Assembly (NCBI GenBank): GCA_001515265.1
Contig: LNDB01000011.1
Coordinates: 1,848-65,847 of the forward strand
DNA from: Candidatus Dichloromethanomonas elyunquensis
Lineage (GTDB): Bacteria > Bacillota > Desulfitobacteriia > Desulfitobacteriales > Syntrophobotulaceae
Direction: 5' to 3'
DNA length: 64,000 nucleotides
In this document: positions 28,472 through 38,946 of the stretch, piece by piece
Layout: each line of letters opens with the position of its first letter
Position numbering within the stretch: position 1 is the stretch's first letter
Position numbers and translations under genes: made by a program
Notes under the pieces: model-generated
The model's database searches: none
What the model saw: the letters and a program-made list of their open reading frames with translations, nothing else
What the model was told of the DNA's origin: nothing

Positions 28472-28909
28472 GTGGGTAAGAAAACGATCATTTTAGGGGT
28501 TATTGGCGCTGACTGTCATGCGGTGGGTAATAAAATCTTAGATTTTATTTTTTCATCTGCCGGTTTTGATGTGATTAATATCGGGGTCTTAAGTACCCAG
28601 GAAGATTTTATTAATGCTGCCATTGAAACCGATGCCCAGGCCATTTTGGTATCTTCTCTTTATGGACATGGGGAAATCGATTGCCGGGGCTTTCGGGAAA
28701 AGTGCCAGGAAACCGGTTTAGATAACATAATCCTCTATGTTGGCGGTAATCTGGTAGTGGGTAAGCATGAATGGACCGATGTGGAAAAGAAGTTTCTCCA
28801 AATGGGCTTTAACCGCGTTTATCCGCCCGGTTGTAATGCCAATGATGCGGTGAAAGACCTGGAGCATGATTTGCTGATACGGGGAAAAAGCAAATGGCGG
28901 GTGATTTAA
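28472..28909 (+). CDS. glmS: Glutamate mutase (methylaspartate mutase) sigma subunit, B12-binding
   Basis: [21 protein letters not shown] carries the DxHxxG base-off B12 motif. The sequence is near-colinear with clostridial GlmS/MutS as recalled. GTG 28472 is the likely start. Confidence 0.9.
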   Translation: MGKKTIILGVIGADCHAVGNKILDFIFSSAGFDVINIGVLSTQEDFINAAIETDAQAILVSSLYGHGEIDCRGFREKCQETGLDNIILYVGGNLVVGKHEWTDVEKKFLQMGFNRVYPPGCNANDAVKDLEHDLLIRGKSKWRVI

Positions 28910-30295
28910 GTGCAGTATTTGCTGATCGATTTTGGCAGCACCTTCACGAAGCTAACGGCAGTTGACTTAGCCCATGAGGAAGTGATGGCTGCAGCCAAGT
29001 CACCCTCTACGGTGGGAACCGATATTACTATCGGCTATAATCTGGCCTTAGCCGAATTGGAACATAAATTAAGCGGCATTCCTCATCGATTTGAAGAAAA
29101 GCTAGCCTGCAGCAGTGCTGCCGGCGGCCTGAAAATTATTGCCAGCGGCTTAGTTCCCGAATTAACCGCGGAGGCGGCCAAACGTGCGGCGCTGGGTGCG
29201 GGAGCTCGCATCCTTAATACATATAGTTTTGAATTGGCCCAGGAAGAGATCAAAGAAATAAGAGAAGCAACCCCGGATATTATCCTTTTGGCGGGGGGAA
29301 CCGATGGGGGAAACAAGGACTGCATCCTCGGCAACGCCCGGACCATTGCCGAGGAACTGCCGGATATCCCGGTGATTGTCGCCGGGAATAAGAAAGCCCT
29401 GACGCAAATTGAAGAGATTTTTTTAGCCAAGGGTGTTTTTTATCGGACCAGTGCAAATGTCATGCCGCGTCTAAATGTCTTAAATGTGGAGCCGGTGCGG
29501 GAAACCATTAAGCAGTTGTTTATCGAGAGAATTATTGAAGCTAAAGGTATGAAAAAGGTGGAATCCTTTATCGGTAATGTCTTGATGCCGACACCGGCCG
29601 CTGTTTTGCAGGCCGCCCAGCTTTTAGCCGATGGCACCGACCGGGAGAATGGGCTGGGAGAGGTCATGTTGATTGATATCGGCGGGGCTACTACCGATGT
29701 GCATACCATCTCCAATCCCGATATCACTGCTCCGGGCGCAACCCGGCGAGGCTTGCCGGAACCTTATGCCAAACGTACTGTCGAAGGCGACTTGGGCATG
29801 CGGGTCAGCGCCAGAGCTCTGTGGGAGGTGGCCGGAAGCAAGAGAATCAACAAATTTATACCTGTTATAGCATATGACGCTGAGGAACGCTGCAGTTTTC
29901 TGGCCAATCATGTAACAACGATAGGGGGGAGCCCCGCCGAACGTGAATTTGATCAAGCTTTAGGCTGCACTGCCGCTGAACTGGCTGTGGAGCGGCATGC
30001 GGGGGTGCTGACCAGCCAGTATACACCAACGGGCATCATCTATATCCAGGAAGGGAAAAATTTGCAGGATATAAAGCGGGTCATTGGGACCGGCGGGGTG
30101 TTAATCCATAGCACCAACCCCCGGAGGATCCTGCAAACTGTGCTTATGGATGAAGAAAGCGGAGGGTATTTAAAGCCGGTTGCTTCGGAATTGCTGCTTG
30201 ATCAGGAATATATTCTGTCAGCGATGGGTCTGTTGGCCGTGAAGCACCCTGACAAGGCATTACGAATGATGAAAAAATATCTGAAGAAAGTGTAG
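28910..30295 (+). CDS. glmL: Glutamate mutase accessory/reactivating protein
   Basis: [20 protein letters not shown]-fold N-terminus. It lies between glmS and glmE, as in clostridial operons. Confidence 0.85.
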   Translation: MQYLLIDFGSTFTKLTAVDLAHEEVMAAAKSPSTVGTDITIGYNLALAELEHKLSGIPHRFEEKLACSSAAGGLKIIASGLVPELTAEAAKRAALGAGARILNTYSFELAQEEIKEIREATPDIILLAGGTDGGNKDCILGNARTIAEELPDIPVIVAGNKKALTQIEEIFLAKGVFYRTSANVMPRLNVLNVEPVRETIKQLFIERIIEAKGMKKVESFIGNVLMPTPAAVLQAAQLLADGTDRENGLGEVMLIDIGGATTDVHTISNPDITAPGATRRGLPEPYAKRTVEGDLGMRVSARALWEVAGSKRINKFIPVIAYDAEERCSFLANHVTTIGGSPAEREFDQALGCTAAELAVERHAGVLTSQYTPTGIIYIQEGKNLQDIKRVIGTGGVLIHSTNPRRILQTVLMDEESGGYLKPVASELLLDQEYILSAMGLLAVKHPDKALRMMKKYLKKV

Positions 30296-30306
30296 AGCGT
30301 GAAAAT

Positions 30307-31785
30307 ATGAATTTGCAGAATAAGAAGTGGAGTGAAGAAGAGTTTTATCAGATCAGGGAGGAAGTACTGCACCAGTGGGAAACAGGGCAGGATGTCAATA
30401 TGCAGGAAGCCGTTGACTATATGAAAAAGCTCCCGGAACACAAAAATTTCAGCCATAAGCTCAATAAGGCGAAACAGGGGGGAATTACACTGGTGCAGCC
30501 CCGGGCAGGGGTAGCCTTGGTGGAAGAGCATATTGAACTTTTGCGCTATCTGCAAGACGAGGGAGAGGCCGATTTGCTTCCTACCACCATTGACAGCTAT
30601 ACCCGGCAGAATCGCTACCATGAATGTGAAAGAGGAATTGAAGAAAGTAAAAAAGCCAAACACTCCATGCTAAATGGCTTTCCTGTAGTCAATCATGGTG
30701 TGCAAAATTGCCGTCGGGTCCTGGAAGCGTTGGATTTGCCGGTGCAGGCCCGTCATGGCACACCTGATGCCAGGTTATTGTCCGAGATAATTCATGCAGC
30801 CGGCTGGACCTCCAACGAAGGGGGCGGGATTTCCTATAACATCCCCTACGCCAAGAGCGTTAGCCTGGAGAAATCAATCCGAGACTGGCAGTATTGTGAC
30901 CGTTTAGTGGGTTTGTATGAAGAAATGGGAGTGGAGATTAACCGGGAGCCCTTTGGACCGTTAACCGGAACACTGGTTCCGCCCAGCATCTCCAATACCA
31001 TTGCGATTCTAGAGGGATTATTGGCTGCCGAACAGGGTGTCAAAAATATAACTCTGGGTTATGGGCAGAGCGGCAATATTTCGCAGGATGTTGCAGCTGT
31101 GCGGGCTCTGAAAGAACAGGCGGTAGAATATTTTAAGATGGATGGCTATCAGATAAATCTTTCCACCGTTTTCCACCAATGGATGGGCGGTTTCCCCGAA
31201 GATGAATCCAAAGCCTTTGGCATTATTTCCTGGGGTTCAGCTACCGCTGCTTTAGCCGGGGCGACTAAGGTTATCGTAAAAACCCCGCATGAAGCCTTGG
31301 GTATCCCGACAAAGGAAGCCAATGCCCAGGGAATCAAAGCCACCAAGCAGACACTTAACCTCGTTTATGGCCAGCGTATGACGATTTCCCGAGAAATTGA
31401 CCTGGAAATCGAAGTTATCAAAGCGGAAACGAAATGCATACTTGATAAAGTCTGCGAAATGGGGAACGGCGATTATGCCCTTGGGACAGTGCGGGCTTTT
31501 GCAGCAGGAGTCTTGGATATCCCCTTCGCACCGAGCAAATATAATGCGGGCAAGGTTCTCCCGGTCCGTGATTATCAAGGAGCGGTCCGTTATCTGGAAT
31601 ACGGCAGTGTTCCCATCTCTCGCGAATTGATGGATTATAATCGGCAGAAGCTTGATTTACGGGCTAAGGAAGAAAACCGGCCGCTTTGCTTCCAAATGGT
31701 TATTGATGATATATATGCTGTGAGCCGCGGGGCTCTGGTCGGGAGACCGGCTGATTACGCTATGTCGGAGAGGCACATGCAATAG
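30307..31785 (+). CDS. glmE: Glutamate mutase (methylaspartate mutase) epsilon subunit
   Basis: 492 aa. N-terminus [23 protein letters not shown] resembles clostridial GlmE/MutE. Operon position supports the call. Confidence 0.9.
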   Translation: MNLQNKKWSEEEFYQIREEVLHQWETGQDVNMQEAVDYMKKLPEHKNFSHKLNKAKQGGITLVQPRAGVALVEEHIELLRYLQDEGEADLLPTTIDSYTRQNRYHECERGIEESKKAKHSMLNGFPVVNHGVQNCRRVLEALDLPVQARHGTPDARLLSEIIHAAGWTSNEGGGISYNIPYAKSVSLEKSIRDWQYCDRLVGLYEEMGVEINREPFGPLTGTLVPPSISNTIAILEGLLAAEQGVKNITLGYGQSGNISQDVAAVRALKEQAVEYFKMDGYQINLSTVFHQWMGGFPEDESKAFGIISWGSATAALAGATKVIVKTPHEALGIPTKEANAQGIKATKQTLNLVYGQRMTISREIDLEIEVIKAETKCILDKVCEMGNGDYALGTVRAFAAGVLDIPFAPSKYNAGKVLPVRDYQGAVRYLEYGSVPISRELMDYNRQKLDLRAKEENRPLCFQMVIDDIYAVSRGALVGRPADYAMSERHMQ

Positions 31786-31833
31786 AATGTTTGCTGTTGG
31801 CTTCTCAAGAAAAAGAAGAGGGTGGAGGAAGAC

Positions 31834-33099
31834 ATGAAAATCATTGAGGTAATTTGTTCCCCTGGGCGCACGGGCTTTTTCTTCGATGACCAGCAGGCGA
31901 TTAAAAATGGGGCGGAACATGATGGTTTCAGCTATGTGGGTCAGCCGGTAACCAGCGGCTTTACAGCGATTCGCCAGGCCGGCGAGTCCATCTCAGTCAT
32001 GCTTTTATTAGAGGATGGGCAATTGGCTTTCGGGGACTGTGCCGCAGTGCAGTATTCCGGAACAGGCGGCCGGCATCCGCTTTTTTTGGCCGGTGACTTC
32101 ATTCCGGTCATTGAAGAGCACATTGCCCCGCGGCTGAGGGGGCGGGAGTTGATCAGCTTCACCGATCTTGCCGAAGAAATGGACAATATAACAATTGACG
32201 GGAAGATGCTGCACACAGCCTTGCGCTATGGTATAACTCAGGCTTTGCTGGATGCGGCAGCCAAGGTCAAAAAGGTGACGATGGCGGAGGTAATCCGCGA
32301 TGAATATGACACAGGAGTAGAATTGAAGCCCATCCCGATTTTTACCCAGTCAGGAGATGACCGCTATGATAATGTCGATAAAATGATCATAAAAGGGGCC
32401 GATGTACTGCCCCATGGCTTGATCAATAATATCCCGGAAAAACTGGGAGAAAACGGCGAAAAACTGTTAGAATATGTGGGCTGGCTGTGCAGCCGCATCC
32501 TGGCTCTGCGGACCCGGCCAACGTATCAGCCGGTGCTCCATATTGATGTCTACGGAACAATAGGCTCATTATTCGGCAATGACAACGAAAAAATGGCTCA
32601 TTATCTGAGCCGGCTGGCCGAGGCAGCCCAGCCTTTCCGCCTGCGGATCGAGGGGCCCATGGATATGGAAAACAGAACCGACCAATTGCTGGCGTTAAAA
32701 ATATTGCGGCAGACCCTTAAGCAGAAGAACATCCCGGTAGAAATTGTGGCTGACGAGTGGTGCAACACGTGGGAGGATATAAAGTTATTTGCCGATGAGC
32801 AGGCTGCTGATATGATTCAAATAAAAACGCCGGATTTAGGCGGGATCAACAATATCGTTAAAGCGATACTGTATTGCAAAAAGCAGGGAGTAGGCGCGTA
32901 TTGCGGCGGGACCTGCAATGAAACCGATCGTTCAGCACAAATTTGCACCCATGTAGCCCTGGCCTGCGGCGCCGATCAGTGCCTGGCCAAGCCGGGTATG
33001 GGCGTTGATGAAGGATACATGATTGTTTTTAATGAAATGAACCGGGCCCTAGCTTTAGCGGCGGCGCGAAAACGATACCAAGCTTCCTTGGCAGGATAA
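31834..33099 (+). CDS. mal: Methylaspartate ammonia-lyase
   Basis: MKIIEVICSPGRTGFFFDDQQAIKNGAEHDGF matches the clostridial MAL N-terminus as recalled. Enolase-superfamily C-terminus. Confidence 0.9.
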   Translation: MKIIEVICSPGRTGFFFDDQQAIKNGAEHDGFSYVGQPVTSGFTAIRQAGESISVMLLLEDGQLAFGDCAAVQYSGTGGRHPLFLAGDFIPVIEEHIAPRLRGRELISFTDLAEEMDNITIDGKMLHTALRYGITQALLDAAAKVKKVTMAEVIRDEYDTGVELKPIPIFTQSGDDRYDNVDKMIIKGADVLPHGLINNIPEKLGENGEKLLEYVGWLCSRILALRTRPTYQPVLHIDVYGTIGSLFGNDNEKMAHYLSRLAEAAQPFRLRIEGPMDMENRTDQLLALKILRQTLKQKNIPVEIVADEWCNTWEDIKLFADEQAADMIQIKTPDLGGINNIVKAILYCKKQGVGAYCGGTCNETDRSAQICTHVALACGADQCLAKPGMGVDEGYMIVFNEMNRALALAAARKRYQASLAG

Positions 33100-33139
33100 A
33101 CAGAGAGAGTATTTGAACAGTATCAGGCAGGTGAACTGA

Positions 33140-33409
33140 ATGGATATTAAACACCCGGCAAAAGCCGGCAGCCTGGAATCCAACGATATTTATGTAATGG
33201 TGGAGCCTTCGTCTGAGGAGGGTATTGTGCTGGAGCTGGACAGCATCGTTATGCGGCAGTTTGGACGGCACATTGAGGCTGCCATAAAGGAAACGGTTAC
33301 AAAGCTGGGCATCGATAATATACGCATTGTCGCGAAAGATAGAGGGGCTTTGGATTTTACCATTAAAGCCCGGGTGGAAACCGCTGTCAAGAGAGCGTTA
33401 GAGGAGTGA
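33140..33409 (+). CDS. citD: Citrate/citramalate lyase acyl-carrier (gamma) subunit
   Basis: 89 aa; AGSLESNDIYVMVEP contains the prosthetic-group Ser motif. Confidence 0.88.
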   Translation: MDIKHPAKAGSLESNDIYVMVEPSSEEGIVLELDSIVMRQFGRHIEAAIKETVTKLGIDNIRIVAKDRGALDFTIKARVETAVKRALEE

Positions 33410-33414
33410 GGAGC

Positions 33415-34308
33415 ATGGAAGGATGCCGGCGAAGCATGCTTTTTATGCCGGGCAATAATCCCGGAATGCTGCAAAGCGCGGGCGTTTTTAGTGCAGACAG
33501 CATTATATTCGACCTGGAAGACGGGGTAAGCCTCCAGGAAAAGGACAGCGCCAGGCTGTTATTACGGAATGCCTTGCAAACCTTTGATTATGGCGGCACC
33601 GAGGTGGTTGTGCGGGTTAATAACCTGACGGGCAGTCCTTACGGCCTTGCCGATGTTGAGGTGATAGCTCCGGCTGGTGTGGCAGCAATCATGCTGCCCA
33701 AGGCCACCGAGAAAGAAATAATTCTATTGGACAAAATGCTGGCAGAAATTGAAACAAAGACAGAGAGGACTACCGGAAGCACTAAGATATTTCCTTTAAT
33801 TGAAACGGCCTATGGCTTGATGCATCTTAAGCGGATAATTAGCTCCTCGATTCGAATAGCGGGGGTTTTGTTGGGGGCGGAAGATCTTACCGCCGACCTG
33901 GGTATCAAACGGACCAGGGATGGCGAAGAAATTTTTATGGCCCGCTGTCAGGTGGCTATCGCCTGCCGGGCAGCCGGTATTGACGCTATTGATACGCCCT
34001 TTGCCGATGTGCAGGATCAAGAAGGCCTGATTAAGGACACGCAAAAAGCCAAAGCGTTGGGGCTGACAGGCAAAGCAGCTATTAATCCCCGGCAAATAGG
34101 GCTTATCCATGAGGTTTTTGCCCCCTCTCCTGAGGAAGTACTTTACGCCCGGGAGGTCATCACGGCCATGCAGGAAGCGGAGAAAGAGGGGAAGGGGGTT
34201 TTCTCTCTGCATAATAAAATGATAGACGCACCGATTATCTCTCGGGCTCAGGCTGTTTTGGCGAAAGCCCGGCAGTATGGGTGGAAAGAGGGGGAAAACC
34301 ATGCTTAA
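33415..34308 (+). CDS. citE: Citrate/citramalate lyase beta subunit (citryl/citramalyl-ACP lyase)
   Basis: RRSMLFMPGNNP N-terminus and HpcH/CitE-fold motifs. The start (33406, 33415 or 33436) is uncertain. Confidence 0.85.
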   Translation: MEGCRRSMLFMPGNNPGMLQSAGVFSADSIIFDLEDGVSLQEKDSARLLLRNALQTFDYGGTEVVVRVNNLTGSPYGLADVEVIAPAGVAAIMLPKATEKEIILLDKMLAEIETKTERTTGSTKIFPLIETAYGLMHLKRIISSSIRIAGVLLGAEDLTADLGIKRTRDGEEIFMARCQVAIACRAAGIDAIDTPFADVQDQEGLIKDTQKAKALGLTGKAAINPRQIGLIHEVFAPSPEEVLYAREVITAMQEAEKEGKGVFSLHNKMIDAPIISRAQAVLAKARQYGWKEGENHA

Positions 34309-35836
34309 TGCTGTTAGAAGGGAACTCCCCGAATATATCGAGGGCTATGGCCAGGTTAAAACCTTTCAAGGAGCTAATGTGGAACAGGATAAGCCTGTGC
34401 GTCGCCAGGTCGTCATTGATAAAGATTCTGTCGATGGTAACAAAGTCCTTAGTTCGCTGCAGGAAGCTATGGCCAGATGTGGACTCACCGATGGTATGAC
34501 CATCTCTTTTCATCACCATCTACGCAACGGTGACCATGTTTTAAATATGGTTTTAGAAGAGGCGGCCCGCTTAGGTTTTAAAAATCTTAAAATAGCCGCC
34601 AGTTCCATTTTCCCAGTACACGCGCCTCTGGTCAGGCACATGGAAAACGGTGTGGTAACCGGTCTCTGTACCAACTATATTTCCGGACCTGTGGCAGAAG
34701 CAGTTACCCATGGCTTGCTGCATACGCCATTGGTCATGCATACCCATGGCGGCAGAGCCAGGGCCATTGAAGCCGGAGATCTGTCCGTTGATGTGGCCTT
34801 CCTGGCAGCTCCTTCCTGCGATGCCTGCGGCAATATTAATGGAGTCAACGGTCCGGCCGCCTGCGGATTTCTTGGCTATGCCATCGCCGATGCCCATTAT
34901 GCCCGCAGGGTAGTGGCCATTACCGACAATTTGGTGGAGTATCCTAACTGCCCTGTCGAAATCAGCCAAGAATATGTAGATTATGTGGTGCCTGTGGCTT
35001 CTTTGGGTGATGTGCAGGGAATTATTTCGGGAACGACCATGATTACCCGCGATCCTGTGGGCTTGAGAATTGCCCAGTTTGCCGCGGAGGTTATCGCTGC
35101 TTCCGGTTTGCTGAAGGAAAACTTTTCATTCCAGACCGGCGCAGGGGGCATTTCTTTGGCGGTGGCCGCTTATGTGCGAGAAATGATGAAAAAGCAAAAA
35201 ATTACCGGCAGCTTTGCCTCCGGCGGAATCACCGGTTATCTGGTGGAAATGCTGGAGGAAGGGCTTTTTCGGGCTGTTTTTGATGTGCAGTGCTTTGATT
35301 TGCTGGCAGTCGAATCTCAGCGCCGCAATAGACGGCACCAGGGTATATCGGCCTCGTTTTATGCCAATCCCCATAATAAAGGAGCTGTTGTTAACAATCT
35401 GGATGTGATGATTCTGGGTGCCACGGAAATCGATAAGGATTTCAATGTCAATGTTACCACCGATTCCAACGGTGTATTGATAGGCGGTTCGGGGGGGCAC
35501 AGCGACACTGCAGCCGGAGCTAAGCTGTCTATTGTAGTGACGAAGCTCACGAAAGTCAGGCTGCCCATCATCAGAGATGCCGTCACGACGATTACCACGC
35601 CCGGCGAGACCGTGGACGCTGTTGTCACCGAGCGGGGAATCGCCGTTAATCCCCGCCGTGGGGACCTCCGGCAGCGGCTGGAGCAGGCCGGACTTTTGGT
35701 TATGACGATTGACGAATTGCAGGAAATCGCTCAGGCTATGACCGGGAAACCTGATAGTTTGCCGCCGGGGAGGGATATAGTTGCGGTGGTGGAATACCGG
35801 GACGGTACAGTGATTGATGTGGTTTATAAGGTCTGA
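34301..35836 (+). CDS. citF: Citrate/citramalate lyase alpha subunit (CoA/ACP transferase)
   Basis: About 511 aa. ISFHHHLRNGD motif typical of CitF. Overlaps the citE stop by 8 nt. Confidence 0.88.
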   Translation: MLNAVRRELPEYIEGYGQVKTFQGANVEQDKPVRRQVVIDKDSVDGNKVLSSLQEAMARCGLTDGMTISFHHHLRNGDHVLNMVLEEAARLGFKNLKIAASSIFPVHAPLVRHMENGVVTGLCTNYISGPVAEAVTHGLLHTPLVMHTHGGRARAIEAGDLSVDVAFLAAPSCDACGNINGVNGPAACGFLGYAIADAHYARRVVAITDNLVEYPNCPVEISQEYVDYVVPVASLGDVQGIISGTTMITRDPVGLRIAQFAAEVIAASGLLKENFSFQTGAGGISLAVAAYVREMMKKQKITGSFASGGITGYLVEMLEEGLFRAVFDVQCFDLLAVESQRRNRRHQGISASFYANPHNKGAVVNNLDVMILGATEIDKDFNVNVTTDSNGVLIGGSGGHSDTAAGAKLSIVVTKLTKVRLPIIRDAVTTITTPGETVDAVVTERGIAVNPRRGDLRQRLEQAGLLVMTIDELQEIAQAMTGKPDSLPPGRDIVAVVEYRDGTVIDVVYKV

Positions 35837-35864
35837 CAGCTAATAAAAAAAAGGCGATGGGAAG

Positions 35865-36872
35865 ATGAAGATTTTCGGAATTAATTTAGCCGGCCCCGTC
35901 CGCGAGGAAGTTGAAAGGTTTCTAGCTTCGAACGGGCTCAAGCTGGAAAAGGATGTGGAGTACACCGCTGTTGCAGTATGCCGTGAGGAGATAGTGGGCA
36001 CCTGCTCCTTTGCCGGTAACGTTGTTAAATGCTTTGCCGTGCGGCCTGATTGGCAGGGTGCAGGAATCGCCGCGCAGCTTTTAACCCATATCAGCGATAT
36101 TCTGTTTAGCAAGGGCATTACCGAAACCTTTATTTTCACTAAGCCAGAGAACGGCCAGCTCTTCAGCGGGTTAGGCTATCGCAGTGTGGCGGCAACCCCC
36201 CAGGTGATACTGTTGGAGGGGGGCACGGCCAATATTGGCCGTTATATTAATGAAATGGTGCGGGAGGCCGGGATAAACGGGACTGAAAAGGCGGCCATAG
36301 TTATGAACTGCAATCCCTTTACTCTGGGACATAGATATCTTATAGAAACAGCCGCCCGCGAAAATGAGCAGGTAATTGTTTTTGTGGTGGAAGAGAATCG
36401 TTCCTGTTTTTCTTTCACGCAAAGACTTAATCTGGTGAGGCAAGGGACCGCTGATCTAACCAATGTTATAGTCATTCCCGGCGGCAGGTACATTATTTCA
36501 GCCAACACTTTTCCCACTTATTTTTTAAAGGACCGGCAGATCTCTGTTTACCAGGAGCTGGATGCCCTGATTTTCGCCCGGTATCTGGCTCCGGCCTTTA
36601 ATATTAGAATTCGTTATGTTGGAACAGAACCTCATTGTCAGGTTACCAACAACTATGTGGAAGCCCTGCAAAAGATACTGCCGTCATATGGAGTTAAGGT
36701 ATGTCTGGTTGAGAGGGTCAAAAGCAAGGGTGAATGTATCAGTGCCTCCCGGGTGCGGCAGCTTTATGAGAAATGCCACTGGGAAGAGCTCCGTGATCTG
36801 CTGCCCCCTTGTACATATGACTTTCTGAGAAATTATCCCAATCCGGGGAGCCAAGCAAATCAGGCTGATTAG
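35865..36872 (+). CDS. citC: [Citrate lyase] ligase (acetate:SH-ACP ligase)
   Basis: GNAT-like N-terminus plus a cytidylyltransferase-fold C-terminus with NCNPFTLGHRYLIE. Confidence 0.85.
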   Translation: MKIFGINLAGPVREEVERFLASNGLKLEKDVEYTAVAVCREEIVGTCSFAGNVVKCFAVRPDWQGAGIAAQLLTHISDILFSKGITETFIFTKPENGQLFSGLGYRSVAATPQVILLEGGTANIGRYINEMVREAGINGTEKAAIVMNCNPFTLGHRYLIETAARENEQVIVFVVEENRSCFSFTQRLNLVRQGTADLTNVIVIPGGRYIISANTFPTYFLKDRQISVYQELDALIFARYLAPAFNIRIRYVGTEPHCQVTNNYVEALQKILPSYGVKVCLVERVKSKGECISASRVRQLYEKCHWEELRDLLPPCTYDFLRNYPNPGSQANQAD

Positions 36873-36880
36873 GGAGGAAT

Positions 36881-37393
36881 ATGGTGATGAACAGTATCCT
36901 GAACGATCGGGAGCAAAGATTTAATCAGATCCTGAAAATATCGGGCTATTTTCGTCTCCCGGTCCTGTGCGGACGTACTAATTTTCCCGGTCCTGAGAAA
37001 AATAATGGTTTAACGGAAAAGGCTTTTTTGGCTTTAACGGAAACTATTCAAGCGACTTTCGGAGCAGCAGCGGTCTATCAAAACGAGCTGGGCGGAGCTG
37101 ATGGACAAAGCATCGTCATGGCCTTAGTGTTAGACTCCCTCACGGCAAAAAAGATGGCAGTTAAAATCGAAGAAGATCATCTGCTGGGCCGGATGTTTGA
37201 TATAGATGTGTATGATGAACAAGGATTTCCTTTAGGCCGGGAAGCCTTGCGCAAGAAGCCCCGCAAATGCTTAATCTGTGGTCAGGAGGCCAAATTGTGT
37301 ACGCGAGCCCAGCGTCACAGCGTGGCGGAAGTTCGGCAAGCCATGGCCTTTCTGGTCAAATCTTATGAAGAGAGTAAAAAATACTATGTCTGA
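36881..37393 (+). CDS. citX: Apo-citrate lyase phosphoribosyl-dephospho-CoA transferase
   Basis: 170 aa. Lies between citC and citG. The R-x-FDIDVY region is typical of CitX. Confidence 0.75.
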   Translation: MVMNSILNDREQRFNQILKISGYFRLPVLCGRTNFPGPEKNNGLTEKAFLALTETIQATFGAAAVYQNELGGADGQSIVMALVLDSLTAKKMAVKIEEDHLLGRMFDIDVYDEQGFPLGREALRKKPRKCLICGQEAKLCTRAQRHSVAEVRQAMAFLVKSYEESKKYYV

Positions 37394-38270
37394 TTGTATT
37401 TCTCCCGCCGCCTGGAAAATAGGCGAAGCGGCACTGCGCGGCATGCTCTATGAAGTGGGCTGCTATCCTTCGCCCGGGCTGGTTTCCCCCATCTCCAGCG
37501 GTCTGCACACCGATATGGATTTTTTTACTTTTCTTAACAGCACGGCTGTGCTGGCGCCGGCGATGTATCGCTGCGCCCAAATCGGTCTAGATGAGGAAGA
37601 AAACCTGCTGCCTAAGCTGCGTGTAATCGGACAGCAAACCGAGCGGGAGATGTTTCGGGCTACAAATAAGGTTAACACCCAAAAAGGACTGCTTTTCTTG
37701 GCAGGGATTGTTTGCGCGTCCGCCGGGCAGTGTGTGAGGCAGGGTGAAAAAGTAATCCGCCAGAATATTGTCGGCCATTGCCGGAGAATATGCAAGGGCA
37801 TTGTGGGACAGGAACTGGCAGCCGTTTCAGTTGATGAACAATTAAGCCATGGGCAACGATTGTATAAGGAGTTTGGGGCGCTGGGGGTCAGAGGAGAAAT
37901 AGCTGACGGATTGCCTTCAGTTATTCAAGTCGGGTTGCCATTGTATGAAGAGGCCTTACAAGGCGGACTGACTGCTCGAGAAACCGTGGTCCATTGCCTG
38001 GTGGGGATGATGTCCAGAGTTGAGGATACTACTGTAATGCACCGCTCCGGTTTGGACGGGCATCACAAGATGCGCAAAGCAGGAGCCCGTTTTATCCAAC
38101 TGGGGGGTATGAAAACTGCTTCCGGACAAAAATATCTTACCTTTTTGAAAAGCTTTTTTATCAAAAACAAAATCAGCCCCGGCGGAGCAGCTGATTTAGC
38201 AGCAGTAACTATCATGATATATCATTTAGAAAAGAGTAATTTTTCAGAATTACATTCTAAAAACCGGTAA
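37386..38270 (+). CDS. citG: Triphosphoribosyl-dephospho-CoA synthase
   Basis: About 294 aa. PGLVSP, TNKVNTQKG and ISPGGAADL motifs of the CitG/MdcB family. Overlaps the citX stop by 8 nt. Confidence 0.85.
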   Translation: MSDCISPAAWKIGEAALRGMLYEVGCYPSPGLVSPISSGLHTDMDFFTFLNSTAVLAPAMYRCAQIGLDEEENLLPKLRVIGQQTEREMFRATNKVNTQKGLLFLAGIVCASAGQCVRQGEKVIRQNIVGHCRRICKGIVGQELAAVSVDEQLSHGQRLYKEFGALGVRGEIADGLPSVIQVGLPLYEEALQGGLTARETVVHCLVGMMSRVEDTTVMHRSGLDGHHKMRKAGARFIQLGGMKTASGQKYLTFLKSFFIKNKISPGGAADLAAVTIMIYHLEKSNFSELHSKNR

Positions 38271-38288
38271 AATTTTCAAAATTTTCAG

Positions 38289-38297
38289 TGCTATAAT
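38289..38297 (+). promoter_or_regulatory. Extended -10 promoter element (TGcTATAAT)
   Basis: tgctataat at 38289-38297, about 180 nt upstream of the ogt start. Confidence 0.4.
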
Positions 38298-38475
38298 ATG
38301 TTTAGAGCGAGACGATGAAAACCAAAAGGGATGCCAATCAGCGGGCTGCATGCAAGTGTATTGAAAGTGTCGATCAAGACCCGCAATCCTCGCATCTCTT
38401 GATGAAGCGGACACCGAAGTGCGATGAGGTTCACCTCGCCAAAGCGGGTACAGGAAAAGTAGGGAGGGTAGACCC

Positions 38476-38946
38476 GTGAAAAGTATATGGTATTATAATT
38501 ATCCCATTGGGACAATCGGGATTGCCGAGAATGACGGCGCTATATCCCACGTATTTTTTGGCAGGGACAAAAACCGGGAGGGATTTGAGGTCATCCAAAC
38601 ACCGCTCATTCAAGAAGCGGCTGTTCAGCTTAGCGCGTATTTCACCGGCAAAGGCAGAGAATTCGATTTGCCGTTATCTTTGCAAGGTACGGAGTTTCAG
38701 CAATCCGTATGGAAAGCCTTGCAAACCATAGCCGCAGGTGAAACCAGCAGCTATAAAGAGATTGCCGTCCAGATTGGAAATCCGAAAGCAGGACGCGCTG
38801 TCGGTATGGCGAATCACCGCAATCCAATTGCGATCATTGTTCCCTGTCATCGTGTTGTAGGCGCCGATGGCAGCTTAACCGGCTATGGGGGAGGCCTTCC
38901 GAAGAAGCAATACTTATTGGACTTGGAGAAGCGCTATTATGCCTGA
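38476..38946 (+). CDS. ogt: Methylated-DNA-protein-cysteine methyltransferase
   Basis: Active-site IVPCHRVV. AGGGAGGG RBS before GTG 38476. Confidence 0.9.
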   Translation: MKSIWYYNYPIGTIGIAENDGAISHVFFGRDKNREGFEVIQTPLIQEAAVQLSAYFTGKGREFDLPLSLQGTEFQQSVWKALQTIAAGETSSYKEIAVQIGNPKAGRAVGMANHRNPIAIIVPCHRVVGADGSLTGYGGGLPKKQYLLDLEKRYYA

